Below, piece by piece: positions 39,844 to 49,629 of a stretch of 64,000 nucleotides of DNA. Each line of letters starts with the position of its first letter. The first letter of the stretch is position 1. The translations under genes were made by a program, and so were the position numbers. The notes below the pieces were generated by a model. The model did no database searches, was not told where the DNA came from, and saw only the letters and a list, made by a program, of their open reading frames with translations. The stretch comes from Acutalibacteraceae bacterium (GTDB taxonomy: Bacteria > Bacillota > Clostridia > Oscillospirales > Acutalibacteraceae): NCBI GenBank assembly GCA_045542175.1, contig JAZQKN010000137.1:8961-72960 (forward strand), given 5' to 3'.

Positions 39844-40896
39844 CTATCTGCAAATTTCTTTCAGATATTCCGTTGAATTCTTTTTCATTTCCTCAAGCTT
39901 ACTTTCGGAATCCGCACTGACCGTGACACCTGCAGTTTTTGGATCTGAGCAAGCTACGCAAGATGTTGCAAGAAGAAAATCATTGACTCTGTTGTTGATT
40001 TTTCCTCCCGTCATTTCGGTATCGGCAAAAAGCTTTTTGCCGAAAATCACAGAAAATGCCGTGCCGTGAAAAGAATTGGTAAACACACACTCCGCATGAT
40101 AAATCCATGAAAGAAAATCTGACGGAGAATTGTGAAGAATAAATTCTATGCTTTTTTTGTTGCTGATCAGCTTGCAGTTATGCTCAATTGCATAATTTTT
40201 CGCAGCGTTCATTACGTTAACGTCGGGAAGAACGGTGTAAACAAGAACATATTTTTGCGAAACAAGCCTTTTGCTCATTATTTTTTTCCATTCATCTTCA
40301 GAAAGAAGAACAACGGGATCGGAATTAACTCTGACATTACCAATGCCAAGCTTTTCAAGATGCTGTGCCGCTGACTGTTCCCTGACTGAGATTTCTCTGA
40401 AATCTTTTATGCCGTTAATCCATTCCATATCATCCGCCGGAGAAAACTCACGGTTTCCGAGACTTGCCGCATAGGAATACTTGCAGTTTCTGTCTCCTAC
40501 GAAGTCCAGAAGATACGTTTTATCGCTGTCGGTACATTCGGGATTCCACACCTGGTCGCTTCCCGCTATTAACAAATCATAATCCTTTGTGATTTCTTCG
40601 ATGTTTTGACGGTTGCATCCTTCAGAAAGGTTCAGTCTTTTTTTTCTGAAGCTGTCAAAGCCGCATCTTTTTATTTTATAATAAACCAGCATTAAAAAAT
40701 ATTTTATCATACCCTTTATGCTGGCACTTACGGTCGCATATTTTGTTGACGTTATCTTCGGGCATTTATAGTTGATTATTTCAGCCGTAACGCCGCATTC
40801 TTTTTCGAGCACGGTGTTCAAAGCATAGGCCTGAAGTACCGCTCCGAGATTATCGGCATCGTGAAAAGTCAATATGCCGACTTTTTTCTTTTTCAT
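39844..40896 (-). CDS. Polysaccharide pyruvyl transferase family protein
   Basis: NLGAVLQAYAL, GSDQVWN, SYAASLG, ISVRE, DPV.LL, TNSFHGTAFS. Confidence 0.9.
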   Translation of the reverse strand: MKKKKVGILTFHDADNLGAVLQAYALNTVLEKECGVTAEIINYKCPKITSTKYATVSASIKGMIKYFLMLVYYKIKRCGFDSFRKKRLNLSEGCNRQNIEEITKDYDLLIAGSDQVWNPECTDSDKTYLLDFVGDRNCKYSYAASLGNREFSPADDMEWINGIKDFREISVREQSAAQHLEKLGIGNVRVNSDPVVLLSEDEWKKIMSKRLVSQKYVLVYTVLPDVNVMNAAKNYAIEHNCKLISNKKSIEFILHNSPSDFLSWIYHAECVFTNSFHGTAFSVIFGKKLFADTEMTGGKINNRVNDFLLATSCVACSDPKTAGVTVSADSESKLEEMKKNSTEYLKEICR

Positions 40897-40900
40897 AGCC

Positions 40901-41938
40901 TTAACCCCTTGCCTTACCTCTTAAAAGTAAATAACACAACCCGTACAATTTGTTTCTTATTGTAAAAAACAGAATCCTTCTTGTCAGACTGACTTTATCG
41001 TTTTTGTTCTTATGTAAAACTTCCTGAAGTGTTTTATCGTTAACAAGAGTTTTGATTCTTGCTTTATTCTGCTTTGAGGATTCCGACGCTATGCTTTCCT
41101 GCTTGAGTGCGGAAATGACAAACGATAAATAAGGCTTTGAAACACGCCTGAGAATTTCATCGCCATATCCGAGATTTTTGCACAAAGTCTTTGCCTCTTC
41201 GTAAAATCTGCAAAGCTTTTCAAAACGGTCTTTTCTGTAGCTTCTGCTGAGAGACGCTTCGTTTGTGCAGTAAAAATAATAAGCTTCAGGCAAAACGCTG
41301 ACCTTTGAAATATGCTTGAAAAGGCTGAGCAACGAATAAACGTCCTCCGAAATAATGTCTCTTTCGGAAACAAAACGCCAGTTGCACTTATTTATAACGC
41401 TCATTGAGTAAAGCAGAATACACGGACTCATATAGAAAAGCTTTACCCCGTCACCGTCAGGGTCGGGTGCAATAAACTCAGGCAAAAAGAAATTTTCAAC
41501 CTGCTCATTTTCATATGCGACTTTACCGAGAGGGCAGGTAAAGCTATCTGTAACTTTTCCTTTTTCATCACAAAAATTAATGCCGAAAAGCACTGCATCC
41601 GATTTATCCTCAACAGCCTGTCCGTAAGCTTTTTCAACGGTATCCCTCGATATATAATCATCGCTGTCAAAAAAGCATATATACTCGCCGTTTGCATTCT
41701 CGATACCTGTATTCCTCGCCATTCCGAGCCCTTGGTTTTCTTTGTGAACAACCCTGATTCTACTGTCCTTCCGTGCCCAACCGTCGCATTTTTCGGGGCA
41801 GGAATCGGTTGAGCCGTCATCAACAAGAAGAATTTCCAGCTTTTCGTAAGTCTGCGAAACAACACTTTCTATGCATCTGTCGAGATATTTTTCAACGTTA
41901 TATATCGGTAAAACCACCGTAACAAGTCCGTTAATCAT
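40901..41938 (-). CDS. Glycosyltransferase family 2
   Basis: VVLPIYNVEKYL, VDDGSTD, NQGLGMARN.G, FFDSDD. Confidence 0.93.
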   Translation of the reverse strand: MINGLVTVVLPIYNVEKYLDRCIESVVSQTYEKLEILLVDDGSTDSCPEKCDGWARKDSRIRVVHKENQGLGMARNTGIENANGEYICFFDSDDYISRDTVEKAYGQAVEDKSDAVLFGINFCDEKGKVTDSFTCPLGKVAYENEQVENFFLPEFIAPDPDGDGVKLFYMSPCILLYSMSVINKCNWRFVSERDIISEDVYSLLSLFKHISKVSVLPEAYYFYCTNEASLSRSYRKDRFEKLCRFYEEAKTLCKNLGYGDEILRRVSKPYLSFVISALKQESIASESSKQNKARIKTLVNDKTLQEVLHKNKNDKVSLTRRILFFTIRNKLYGLCYLLLRGKARG

Positions 41939-41948
41939 AACATACCTT

Positions 41949-43001
41949 TCAAAGTCTGCACGCCGTGATATGTGCTTTCACACCGTTTTCAATGCTGTAT
42001 TTTTTTGATTTTTCAGTAAGATAACGGCAGTATTCTGCGTTATCTGAATCAAGCAGTTTTTTAATACAATCATAAAGTGCCTTTGCATCGTCCGCAGGTG
42101 CGAGATACTGCGGATATTCTTCAGATAAAAACTCAATCGCAGCACCGCTTCCGTACGTTGAAACAATCGGTGTACCGTAGGACGCCGCTTCGTTAATTAC
42201 AAGACCCCAGCATTCCTGCCTTGACGGTAAAACAAAAGCCGCACATTTACGGTATTCTTTTTCCAACTCTTTCTTTTGCAAAAAAGGAATAAACTCAACG
42301 TTTTCTATTCCTTGCGGGCAGTATTTTTCAATAAAGCTCTGCATCTTACTGCCCATACCGATAAATTTATATTTTATTTCTTTGTTCATCCTTGCCGACT
42401 CAAGCGCAACGTCAATTCCCTTTACAAAAAGATACTGACCGACAACAAGAACAAATTTTTCTCTTTCTTTGTTTGACTCCGCGTTTTTCTTCAGTTCTTC
42501 ATCGGTTAATGAACTGAAATAATACGGTATAATTTCTTTTTCGCCAACAACCGCCCTGAGTGAATCAGCCGAATTGACACCGGCAACAAGATATCTGCTT
42601 GCACCTTTAAGAAAAAACCGTTTCATTGCGGATTTCAGACTTTTACCGCCGGCAAAAAATTCACCGTCGATATTCAGAATATACGATTTTTTAAACAGCC
42701 TGAGAAGAAGAATCATAAGCATCTGCACAGGGCTGTTGAAGCAACCGATAATTATTTCATCATAATCCTTAAAAAGCATCGAAACTGCTTTTAGTGAAAA
42801 AGCATTTTCTCCGCCGATTTTTATTCCCTCTGAAAACTCGGTTTTAAACAAAGGCTTTTCGCTTTCGCTCCAGTTACGGTTTCTTGAAGATGAACTGCTT
42901 CTTTCATACAAAACAGTGAGGTCACAGTGCTTTGCAAGCTCGTTAAAAAGTCTGACTCTGTAAGGCACTTCAATATTGCTGACATACAAAACCTTTTTCA
43001 A
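41949..43001 (-). CDS. Glycosyltransferase family 4
   Basis: KGIDV, FVLPSRQECWGLVINEAAS.GTP. Confidence 0.9.
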   Translation of the reverse strand: MKKVLYVSNIEVPYRVRLFNELAKHCDLTVLYERSSSSSRNRNWSESEKPLFKTEFSEGIKIGGENAFSLKAVSMLFKDYDEIIIGCFNSPVQMLMILLLRLFKKSYILNIDGEFFAGGKSLKSAMKRFFLKGASRYLVAGVNSADSLRAVVGEKEIIPYYFSSLTDEELKKNAESNKEREKFVLVVGQYLFVKGIDVALESARMNKEIKYKFIGMGSKMQSFIEKYCPQGIENVEFIPFLQKKELEKEYRKCAAFVLPSRQECWGLVINEAASYGTPIVSTYGSGAAIEFLSEEYPQYLAPADDAKALYDCIKKLLDSDNAEYCRYLTEKSKKYSIENGVKAHITACRL

Positions 43002-43027
43002 AGCCTACACCTCTTATCTCACTCAGC

Positions 43028-44107
43028 TTACTTTCTCTGACAGCTTTCACAGGTTGAACACGCGTCAAGCTGCTCTTTGGTTATCTTTCCGTCACGGAAA
43101 TCGCGTACGGTTTTATTCTCATACATCGAGTATTTTTTCTTTTTAAAGAAATTCAGGAACTTGTGTCTTATCACCCAGAGAGCGGGTTTATAAATATACT
43201 TATGCATTGCAGGTGAAACCGAACCTATCATCCAGCAGTTTCTGTCACAGCAACGCACCTTTTCTCGTACCGTTTCAGCCTTTTCGCTGTTCCACAGTTC
43301 TTCCCACGACTGCTCGTTGAGATTGCCCATAACCTCTTTCTCTTTTGTTCCGTTACAGGGCATTACGTCGCCGTAAGGATCAATGAAGAAAGTATCAAAA
43401 CTCATATCGCAGGGAAGCAAACGCTTGCAGCTGAATATATAGTTAATCAGACCGTGATTGAAATAAGCTCTGAACCATTTTTTAGGGCTGTTTGATTCAA
43501 GCATACGGTTGATAAGATTTTCAAAATTCTGTGCAACGGCAAGTCTGTCGTAAATGATATTATTTGATTCAACAAAATAAAAACTGTTATGGAGTGACGC
43601 CGTTGCAAACTCCATATTCAGTTCGTCTGAAATCTCATAAAGAGGAACAAGGTCTGCGGCATTTTTGTCCTGAACGGTCATTCCGAAACCTACGTCCTTC
43701 ATACCCATATCAACAAGCTTTTTAAGGGTTGTATAGCCTTTATTGAAGCCGTCTTCAAGTCCTCTGATTTCGTTGTTGGTCTGTTCAAGACCTTCAATGG
43801 AAATCCTTATTCCTATCTGCGGAAACTCTTTGCACAGGTCAACAATCCTGTCGGTGAAAAATCCGTTTGTTGAAATAACGATACGGTCGCTTTTTTTATA
43901 TAATTCACGCACTATATCCTTTAAATCATCTCTGATAAAAGGCTCTCCGCCCGTAATGTTTGTAAAATACATTTCGGGCAGCTTGCGGATAGTTTCTATT
44001 GAAATTTCCTCTTCGGGTTTTGATGGAACTTTATATCTGTTACACATTGTGCATTTTGCGTTGCATCGGTATGTAACAATAACCGTTCCGTTTAATTTTT
44101 TAGGCAT
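43028..44107 (-). CDS. Radical SAM protein with SPASM/twitch C-terminal domain
   Basis: CNAKCTMC, TGGEPF, STNG; C-terminal C...IDPYGDVMPC...CC.RNC. Confidence 0.92.
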   Translation of the reverse strand: MPKKLNGTVIVTYRCNAKCTMCNRYKVPSKPEEEISIETIRKLPEMYFTNITGGEPFIRDDLKDIVRELYKKSDRIVISTNGFFTDRIVDLCKEFPQIGIRISIEGLEQTNNEIRGLEDGFNKGYTTLKKLVDMGMKDVGFGMTVQDKNAADLVPLYEISDELNMEFATASLHNSFYFVESNNIIYDRLAVAQNFENLINRMLESNSPKKWFRAYFNHGLINYIFSCKRLLPCDMSFDTFFIDPYGDVMPCNGTKEKEVMGNLNEQSWEELWNSEKAETVREKVRCCDRNCWMIGSVSPAMHKYIYKPALWVIRHKFLNFFKKKKYSMYENKTVRDFRDGKITKEQLDACSTCESCQRK

Positions 44108-44152
44108 TATATTACCTCTGTTTTCTGAGTGAAATTTGCTTTTGTAAATCCG

Positions 44153-45361
44153 TTAACTGTAAACACGCAAAAGCTCTTCACAGTATTTTTCAGTTGAGTT
44201 GAATGAAACGTTTTTACAGTTTTCGCTGTAATTTTTCAGACTTTCCTCATCGTTGAGCAAAGCTTCAAGTTCCGTTCTGAGTTGTGCTTCGTTTCCGCTT
44301 TCAAAAAGTCTTCCTGTTTTTCCGACTTCGATAAGTTCGGGAATTCCTCCCCTGTTTGCGCCCAGCACGGGAGTAGCGTAAAGCTGGCTTTCAATAACTG
44401 AAAACGGACAGTTTTCGTTGCATTCTGACGGCACAACCGTCAGTTTCGCCGCAGAAATCACGTCTGCAAGCTCATTGCCCGAAAGAAAGCCTTTATTTTC
44501 AATGTTCTTTCTTTTGTTAACGTCTTCCTCAAGCGGGCCGCTTCCGGCAAAAACAAACTTCACGTCGGGAAGAGTGTCTGCAACCTTAAGCAACGTGTTT
44601 ACTCCCTTTTCTTCGGAATATCTGCCGAAATAGAGTACGTAATCCTTTTTCTCCGCCTGTACGTTACCGCATACGTCAACAAAATTATGCATAATTTTTA
44701 TTTTTTCTTTCAGAACGGGATACGTTGAAAGCTTCTCTGCAAGAAAAGCGCTCGGACAAATCACAGTATCTATGTACCTGTATGTTTTTTTAGCTTTCCA
44801 GAAATACGCTTCAGCCGCTCCGACAACACTTTTCAAAAACGAACCGTGAATGCATTTCCCTTTTATGCAGTTAAAAAAAAGACCGCCCACGCATTTTTCG
44901 CAATTTTTACCCGTTGCGGGATTAATCATAAGGTGGTTTGGGCACACAAGCTGTAAATCGTGCGCAGTGTATATTATTTTGCAGTTTCGTTTGTTTTCTT
45001 TTCTCCACTTTACGATTTCCAATATAATGCTGGGCGTAAGCTGATAGTTAAAATTATTAAGATGACACACGTCAGGCTGAAAATCGTCAAGAACCGCACG
45101 AAGCTTTTTTCTTGCCTCAGCTGAATACACAGTTTTAACAGGATATGTAATCTTACTGAGAACCGATCCTGCGTGAAAATCCATATTTGACGTGTAAGCC
45201 TGTGCATTGTTGCCGACAATTCTGTCGGGATGTTCCATACCGAAATATTCTACACTGTGTCCTGCAGACTGCAGAAAACCTCCGAGCTTGAAAAGGTAAG
45301 TTTCCGAACCGCCGTTAGGATATAAAAATTTATTTATAAGCAATACTTTCATTTTTCGCAT
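44153..45361 (-). CDS. Glycosyltransferase family 4
   Basis: GGSETY, FGRYSEEKG, PSECNENCPFSVIES, GGIPELI. Confidence 0.9.
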   Translation of the reverse strand: MRKMKVLLINKFLYPNGGSETYLFKLGGFLQSAGHSVEYFGMEHPDRIVGNNAQAYTSNMDFHAGSVLSKITYPVKTVYSAEARKKLRAVLDDFQPDVCHLNNFNYQLTPSIILEIVKWRKENKRNCKIIYTAHDLQLVCPNHLMINPATGKNCEKCVGGLFFNCIKGKCIHGSFLKSVVGAAEAYFWKAKKTYRYIDTVICPSAFLAEKLSTYPVLKEKIKIMHNFVDVCGNVQAEKKDYVLYFGRYSEEKGVNTLLKVADTLPDVKFVFAGSGPLEEDVNKRKNIENKGFLSGNELADVISAAKLTVVPSECNENCPFSVIESQLYATPVLGANRGGIPELIEVGKTGRLFESGNEAQLRTELEALLNDEESLKNYSENCKNVSFNSTEKYCEELLRVYS

Positions 45362-45379
45362 CCTTTTCGGCGGAATAAT

Positions 45380-46519
45380 TCAGCCTTTGTAAATATCTAA
45401 TGTTTTGTCAACAACGTCGTCCCAATTGTATTTACCGCAAATATAATCGGCACTATTTTCCTTATATCCGTAAACTTTTTCGGAATTTTCACACAAATCG
45501 GAAAGCTTTTCCTTAAGGTCTTGCGTGCTTCCCTTTTTAAAGGTAACACCGTGTTCACTTATTACCTCTGCGCACTCGGGAATATCGGAAACAAGGCAAC
45601 AGTTTCCGTAACTCATTGCTTCAAGCAGACTTAAAGGCATACCCTCAACGTCTGAAGGAAGCACGTAAACGTACGCGTTGGAATAAAGCTCTTCCCAGAT
45701 TTTCCCCTGAACAAATCCCGTAAATATTATTCTTTCATCGTCCGCGGCAGCTGTGCGGATTTTTCTTTCAAAATCCGCCGTATCCGATGAACCGCCGGCA
45801 ATAACAAGTTTTTTATCTGTAGCGATGCCCTTATAAGCATCGACCAGATATTCTATGCCCTTTTCGGGAACGAGTCTTCCGAGGAAAAGGATATATCCAT
45901 CTTTTTCAAGTCCGTATTTACGGCTTATTATATCGGCAGGGAGTTGAGCTGATTTGCTTATTCCGTTGGGAACAAAAACAGTTTCTCTGCCGTAAGTTTC
46001 TTTGAAATAGTTCTTTACGTTTTCGCTCAGAACGATTATTTCATCAGCAAGCTTAACCGCGCATTTTTCACCCAGACGAATGTATAGCGAAGCGAATCTG
46101 CCCCATTTTGCTCTCTGATGGTCAAGACCATGTACAGTAGCAACACATCTTTTGCCGAACAATTTAGGCAGCCAAATCATTGCGCAAGGACCTTCAGCGT
46201 GAAAATGAACGACGTCGTATTTTCCGAATGCTGCTTTTATTGCTGCAAAAACAGATGAGGTTACGGCGGCAAGTCCGCCTTTCTGAACCGTAAAAACCTC
46301 TTTGATTCTCACGCCTTTATAATCGGAAATTTTCTCTGAATCAAATTCTTCTCCGCTTACGTGATGCCCTTTTCTGTTGTAGCAGGTAACGCAATATCCT
46401 CGCTGAACCATTCTTGTTGAAAGCTCGCCCACAACAATTTCAATTCCGCCCTCACGTGACGGAATTCTTTTGTGACCGAGCATTGCAACGTTAAGCTTAC
46501 AGTTACTGCTTGAGGTCAT
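45380..46519 (-). CDS. Glycosyltransferase family 4
   Basis: GGIEIVV, GRLVPEKG, LPSDVEGMPLSLLEAMS.G. Confidence 0.92.
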   Translation of the reverse strand: MTSSSNCKLNVAMLGHKRIPSREGGIEIVVGELSTRMVQRGYCVTCYNRKGHHVSGEEFDSEKISDYKGVRIKEVFTVQKGGLAAVTSSVFAAIKAAFGKYDVVHFHAEGPCAMIWLPKLFGKRCVATVHGLDHQRAKWGRFASLYIRLGEKCAVKLADEIIVLSENVKNYFKETYGRETVFVPNGISKSAQLPADIISRKYGLEKDGYILFLGRLVPEKGIEYLVDAYKGIATDKKLVIAGGSSDTADFERKIRTAAADDERIIFTGFVQGKIWEELYSNAYVYVLPSDVEGMPLSLLEAMSYGNCCLVSDIPECAEVISEHGVTFKKGSTQDLKEKLSDLCENSEKVYGYKENSADYICGKYNWDDVVDKTLDIYKG

Positions 46520-47191
46520 TTATATGCCCTCCATTCCCAAAACCGTTCCGAAAGTTTTAAGAATAATTATCATATCGGTTTTGAAACTGCGTTCTTTGAT
46601 GTATTTCAAGTCGCATTTCATCCAATCGTCAAAAGAAACGCTGTTTCTCTGAGGCTGTATCTGCCAATAGCAGGTCAGACCGGGTGTTACACTCAAGCGC
46701 TGACGCTGATATTCATCATACATCTCAACCTCTCTGGGAAGAGGAGGTCTGGGACCGACAAAGCTCATTTCGCCTTTGAGTATGTTCAGCAGTTGGGGAA
46801 GCTCGTCAATGCAGACCCGTCTTATAATTCTTCCGAAACGAGTAATTCTCGGATCGTCCTTCATTTTAAAAGCGGGACCGTTCATTTCATTCTGAGCAAG
46901 CAACGATTCAAGCATAGTGTCAGCATTGGGAACCATCGATCTGAACTTATAAAACTTAAATTCACGTCCGTTTTTACCGACGCGCTTCTGAACGTAAATC
47001 GGCGAAGCACCCGGGCTGTCGATTACAATAATCAAAGCAACGGCAACCATAGGTATAAGCAATATAATTATAGCCAAAACAGAAAACACAATGTCGAAAC
47101 ATCTTTTAAAAAACTCATACGCGGGTTTTCTTTTGACGCAAATCATTTCACGGTTCGTATTAACTTGTACTTTTTCAGACGTCTGAACCAT
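46520..47191 (-). CDS. Priming sugar transferase (CpsE/WcaJ catalytic domain)
   Basis: KRCFD, KFRSM, DDPRIT, DELPQL.NIL.GEMSFVGPRP, PGLTCYWQ. Confidence 0.93.
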   Translation of the reverse strand: MVQTSEKVQVNTNREMICVKRKPAYEFFKRCFDIVFSVLAIIILLIPMVAVALIIVIDSPGASPIYVQKRVGKNGREFKFYKFRSMVPNADTMLESLLAQNEMNGPAFKMKDDPRITRFGRIIRRVCIDELPQLLNILKGEMSFVGPRPPLPREVEMYDEYQRQRLSVTPGLTCYWQIQPQRNSVSFDDWMKCDLKYIKERSFKTDMIIILKTFGTVLGMEGI

Positions 47192-47215
47192 AAAATCTGC
47201 ACCTTCCTGTTTTGA

Positions 47216-48217
47216 CTATTTTTTCTCTTCACAGAACAAATCAATTACAGTTGATTTGATTGCTTCTTCTTTGGGATAGAATTCCATATGCTCACCGACC
47301 TGAGCGCTTTCACCCTCAAGTTCATATATCGCAACGAAATGATAGCCCGCCGCTTTTTCTGCAAGATGCTGCAATCCGTTGCCCGTAAAATCCGAAACAA
47401 TATAGTCGGCAAGCTGAATGCCCGCTTCGGCTATAAATCCTTTATCGTTGTTAATTAAAGCAAGTGTTTTACGGTAAAGCGCATCAAGATACTGACGCTG
47501 ACGCTCCATTCGTCTTTCGTTTGTGCTGTCTGCAAGACCGTAACGTGTTCTGACATAATTAAGAGCGTGTTCTCCGTAAAGAGTTACCGTTTCACCTTTG
47601 ACAAGAGTATCGTCAACACCGGTAAAATCATCCATTACGGTTACTTCAACACCACCGACAAAATCATTGTAAACCGCTACAGCATCCATCGGAACGGAAA
47701 CGTAATGGTCAATAGGAACGTTAAGCAACAGACCTGAAACAGCATCCGCTGCATTGCGGCAGCTGACTTCCTGTCCGTTACCGTAAGTATGCGCAAGCGC
47801 AATCTGCTTTTTGACTGTTCCTACGTTATCGCCGGCAACGCCGAGAATATTCATCTCCGCTATTGTATCTCTGTTGATATGAAGCGCAGACAGGGTTTTG
47901 CTGTTGTGGTCAATAACAACGAGCATCATAAAGTCTGACTGCATATCGTTGTTGTACGAATCGGAATCAGATGATTCGTATTTATCAAGTCCCAGAACAA
48001 GAACGGTTTCTATGCCTTCTCTGAGCTGATACTCTTTTCCGTTATATTCATAACTTTTTGTGCTTTCCGTTTCGTGTTCGGGATAATTACTCTGATGTCT
48101 TTCCCATAATCCCAAAGCTAAAAACACAGCGGAAAGCAGAAGAATAACAGCAATAATAATTGCCGCTATCTTCAGTTTTTTAATCTTTTTTTCTTTTGCA
48201 GTGTAGACCTTTCTCAT
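47216..48217 (-). CDS. LCP (LytR-CpsA-Psr) family glycopolymer transferase
   Basis: N-terminal TM; VLGLD, SDFMML, INRDT, GGVEV, ALNYVRTR, RMERQRQY. Confidence 0.9.
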   Translation of the reverse strand: MRKVYTAKEKKIKKLKIAAIIIAVILLLSAVFLALGLWERHQSNYPEHETESTKSYEYNGKEYQLREGIETVLVLGLDKYESSDSDSYNNDMQSDFMMLVVIDHNSKTLSALHINRDTIAEMNILGVAGDNVGTVKKQIALAHTYGNGQEVSCRNAADAVSGLLLNVPIDHYVSVPMDAVAVYNDFVGGVEVTVMDDFTGVDDTLVKGETVTLYGEHALNYVRTRYGLADSTNERRMERQRQYLDALYRKTLALINNDKGFIAEAGIQLADYIVSDFTGNGLQHLAEKAAGYHFVAIYELEGESAQVGEHMEFYPKEEAIKSTVIDLFCEEKK

Positions 48218-48900
48218 ACAGCTTTCTTTTCCTTTTTGATAGCAAAAAGAAGGCCTGTGAGAGTAACAGCGGAAACAACGATTGCAATTACGGGAATGAT
48301 AATTGTTTTCATGTAGCCGTCAAGACCTGTGTCAGGTGTTGCTTCTACCTTTTTATCAACAACAATTGCAAAGGGTGAGAAATCGCTTGCCGAGAAAGTC
48401 AAAGTTTCCTGTTTAACGTCAACAACTGCGTTTTCAATAACTTCCCATTTACCGTCATTACCGCGGTGAATAAGAGCAACGAAGTTTTTGAGTGTTTCTG
48501 CTGAAAGCTTGATTGTAATGCTTCCGCAGTAGTTATGGTCAAGTGTGTGATAAGCGCTTACGTCAAAAAGGTCGCTTACTGCAAGACGTGCTGCAGGGAT
48601 ACCTTTTGCCGATGCAACGCCTGCGAGTTCGGGGCAAAGCTTTGTGAGGTCTTTGTTTTCGGCAATTTCCTTGTAAGCCTTGTTCATATCGTCTTCTTTA
48701 TTCTCTTCAAGAGTGTCTCTTTCAGAATAAGGAGTAACAACGATTTCGGGTTCGCAGGAGTCATCTTCATAGATAACTTCTTCAACAACAGGTGCTTCAT
48801 TGCCGGAGGGGCTTGCTACGAATCCGCCCTTAGCAAAGGCAACCACCGTGGTCGAAACCATAATTAAGAGTGCCAGACAAACCGCAAAAAACTTTTTCAT
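48214..48900 (-). CDS. Secreted protein with C-terminal sortase-type sorting signal
   Basis: Signal peptide; TPDTG followed by a hydrophobic helix and KKEKK tail; DFSPFAI strand just before the anchor. Confidence 0.75.
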   Translation of the reverse strand: MKKFFAVCLALLIMVSTTVVAFAKGGFVASPSGNEAPVVEEVIYEDDSCEPEIVVTPYSERDTLEENKEDDMNKAYKEIAENKDLTKLCPELAGVASAKGIPAARLAVSDLFDVSAYHTLDHNYCGSITIKLSAETLKNFVALIHRGNDGKWEVIENAVVDVKQETLTFSASDFSPFAIVVDKKVEATPDTGLDGYMKTIIIPVIAIVVSAVTLTGLLFAIKKEKKAV

Positions 48901-48906
48901 AAAAAA

Positions 48907-49617
48907 TCATCCTTTCAGTGTATGTATTTCACTAAAAATTTCTTCTGTAAAATTATTGAACCCTGCCAGAAATTCTGAGCCGAGTTTGTTTCCGATTGTT
49001 TTGTATGCTCTGCCGATGTCGGGTGCCCTTTCCGTCATATTGTGGCAGTCGGAGCCGATGAAGTGGATTTCACATTTTTTTAGAAGCTTCATCGCTTTCC
49101 TCTGCGAGAAAAAGCCGTTGACATAGCTTGCATTAATCTGAAAAAGCACGTCGTTTTGCAATAAACCGTAAAACGTGCTTTTGCTTTGAAGACCCATGCA
49201 CCTTTCGATATGTGCAAGAACAAGATGTATACTTCCGTCGGAAGCAATATCATTGAGTTCGCGCAGTGTGTAATCGCTCCATTTTCTTTCGGGCATTTCC
49301 AAAAGCAAAAGCCTTGTTCCTTGCACGCACAAAGATTTCAGATCTTTCATACGGCTTATGCCTTCGTAATATCTCACCTCTGCGCCCTGAACGATTCTGG
49401 GCATTTCTTCCGTCAAGTGCGGCAACAGTTTTTCATAAGCTTCCTGACGTCTTAAAAGAAACTCCGAAACAGATTCATCGTTTGCATAAAAATGAGGAGT
49501 TGCAATAACACGGTGTATGCTTTGCTGTGAAAGCAAATCAAGCATCGCCAGGCTTTCCTTCACGTTGCGGCTTCCGTCGTCGATTTCAGGAAGAATGTGG
49601 GAATGAAAATCCGTCAT
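48907..49617 (-). CDS. CpsB/CapC PHP-family tyrosine phosphatase
   Basis: DFHSHILP..DDG, ATPH, GAEV, LAHIER, GSDCH. Confidence 0.93.
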   Translation of the reverse strand: MTDFHSHILPEIDDGSRNVKESLAMLDLLSQQSIHRVIATPHFYANDESVSEFLLRRQEAYEKLLPHLTEEMPRIVQGAEVRYYEGISRMKDLKSLCVQGTRLLLLEMPERKWSDYTLRELNDIASDGSIHLVLAHIERCMGLQSKSTFYGLLQNDVLFQINASYVNGFFSQRKAMKLLKKCEIHFIGSDCHNMTERAPDIGRAYKTIGNKLGSEFLAGFNNFTEEIFSEIHTLKG

Positions 49618-49629
49618 GCCTGCACCCTC

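Noticed and set aside
43028-44107. RiPP maturase role for the radical SAM/SPASM protein
   Set aside because: No precursor peptide or RRE domain is adjacent, and it is embedded among glycosyltransferases.
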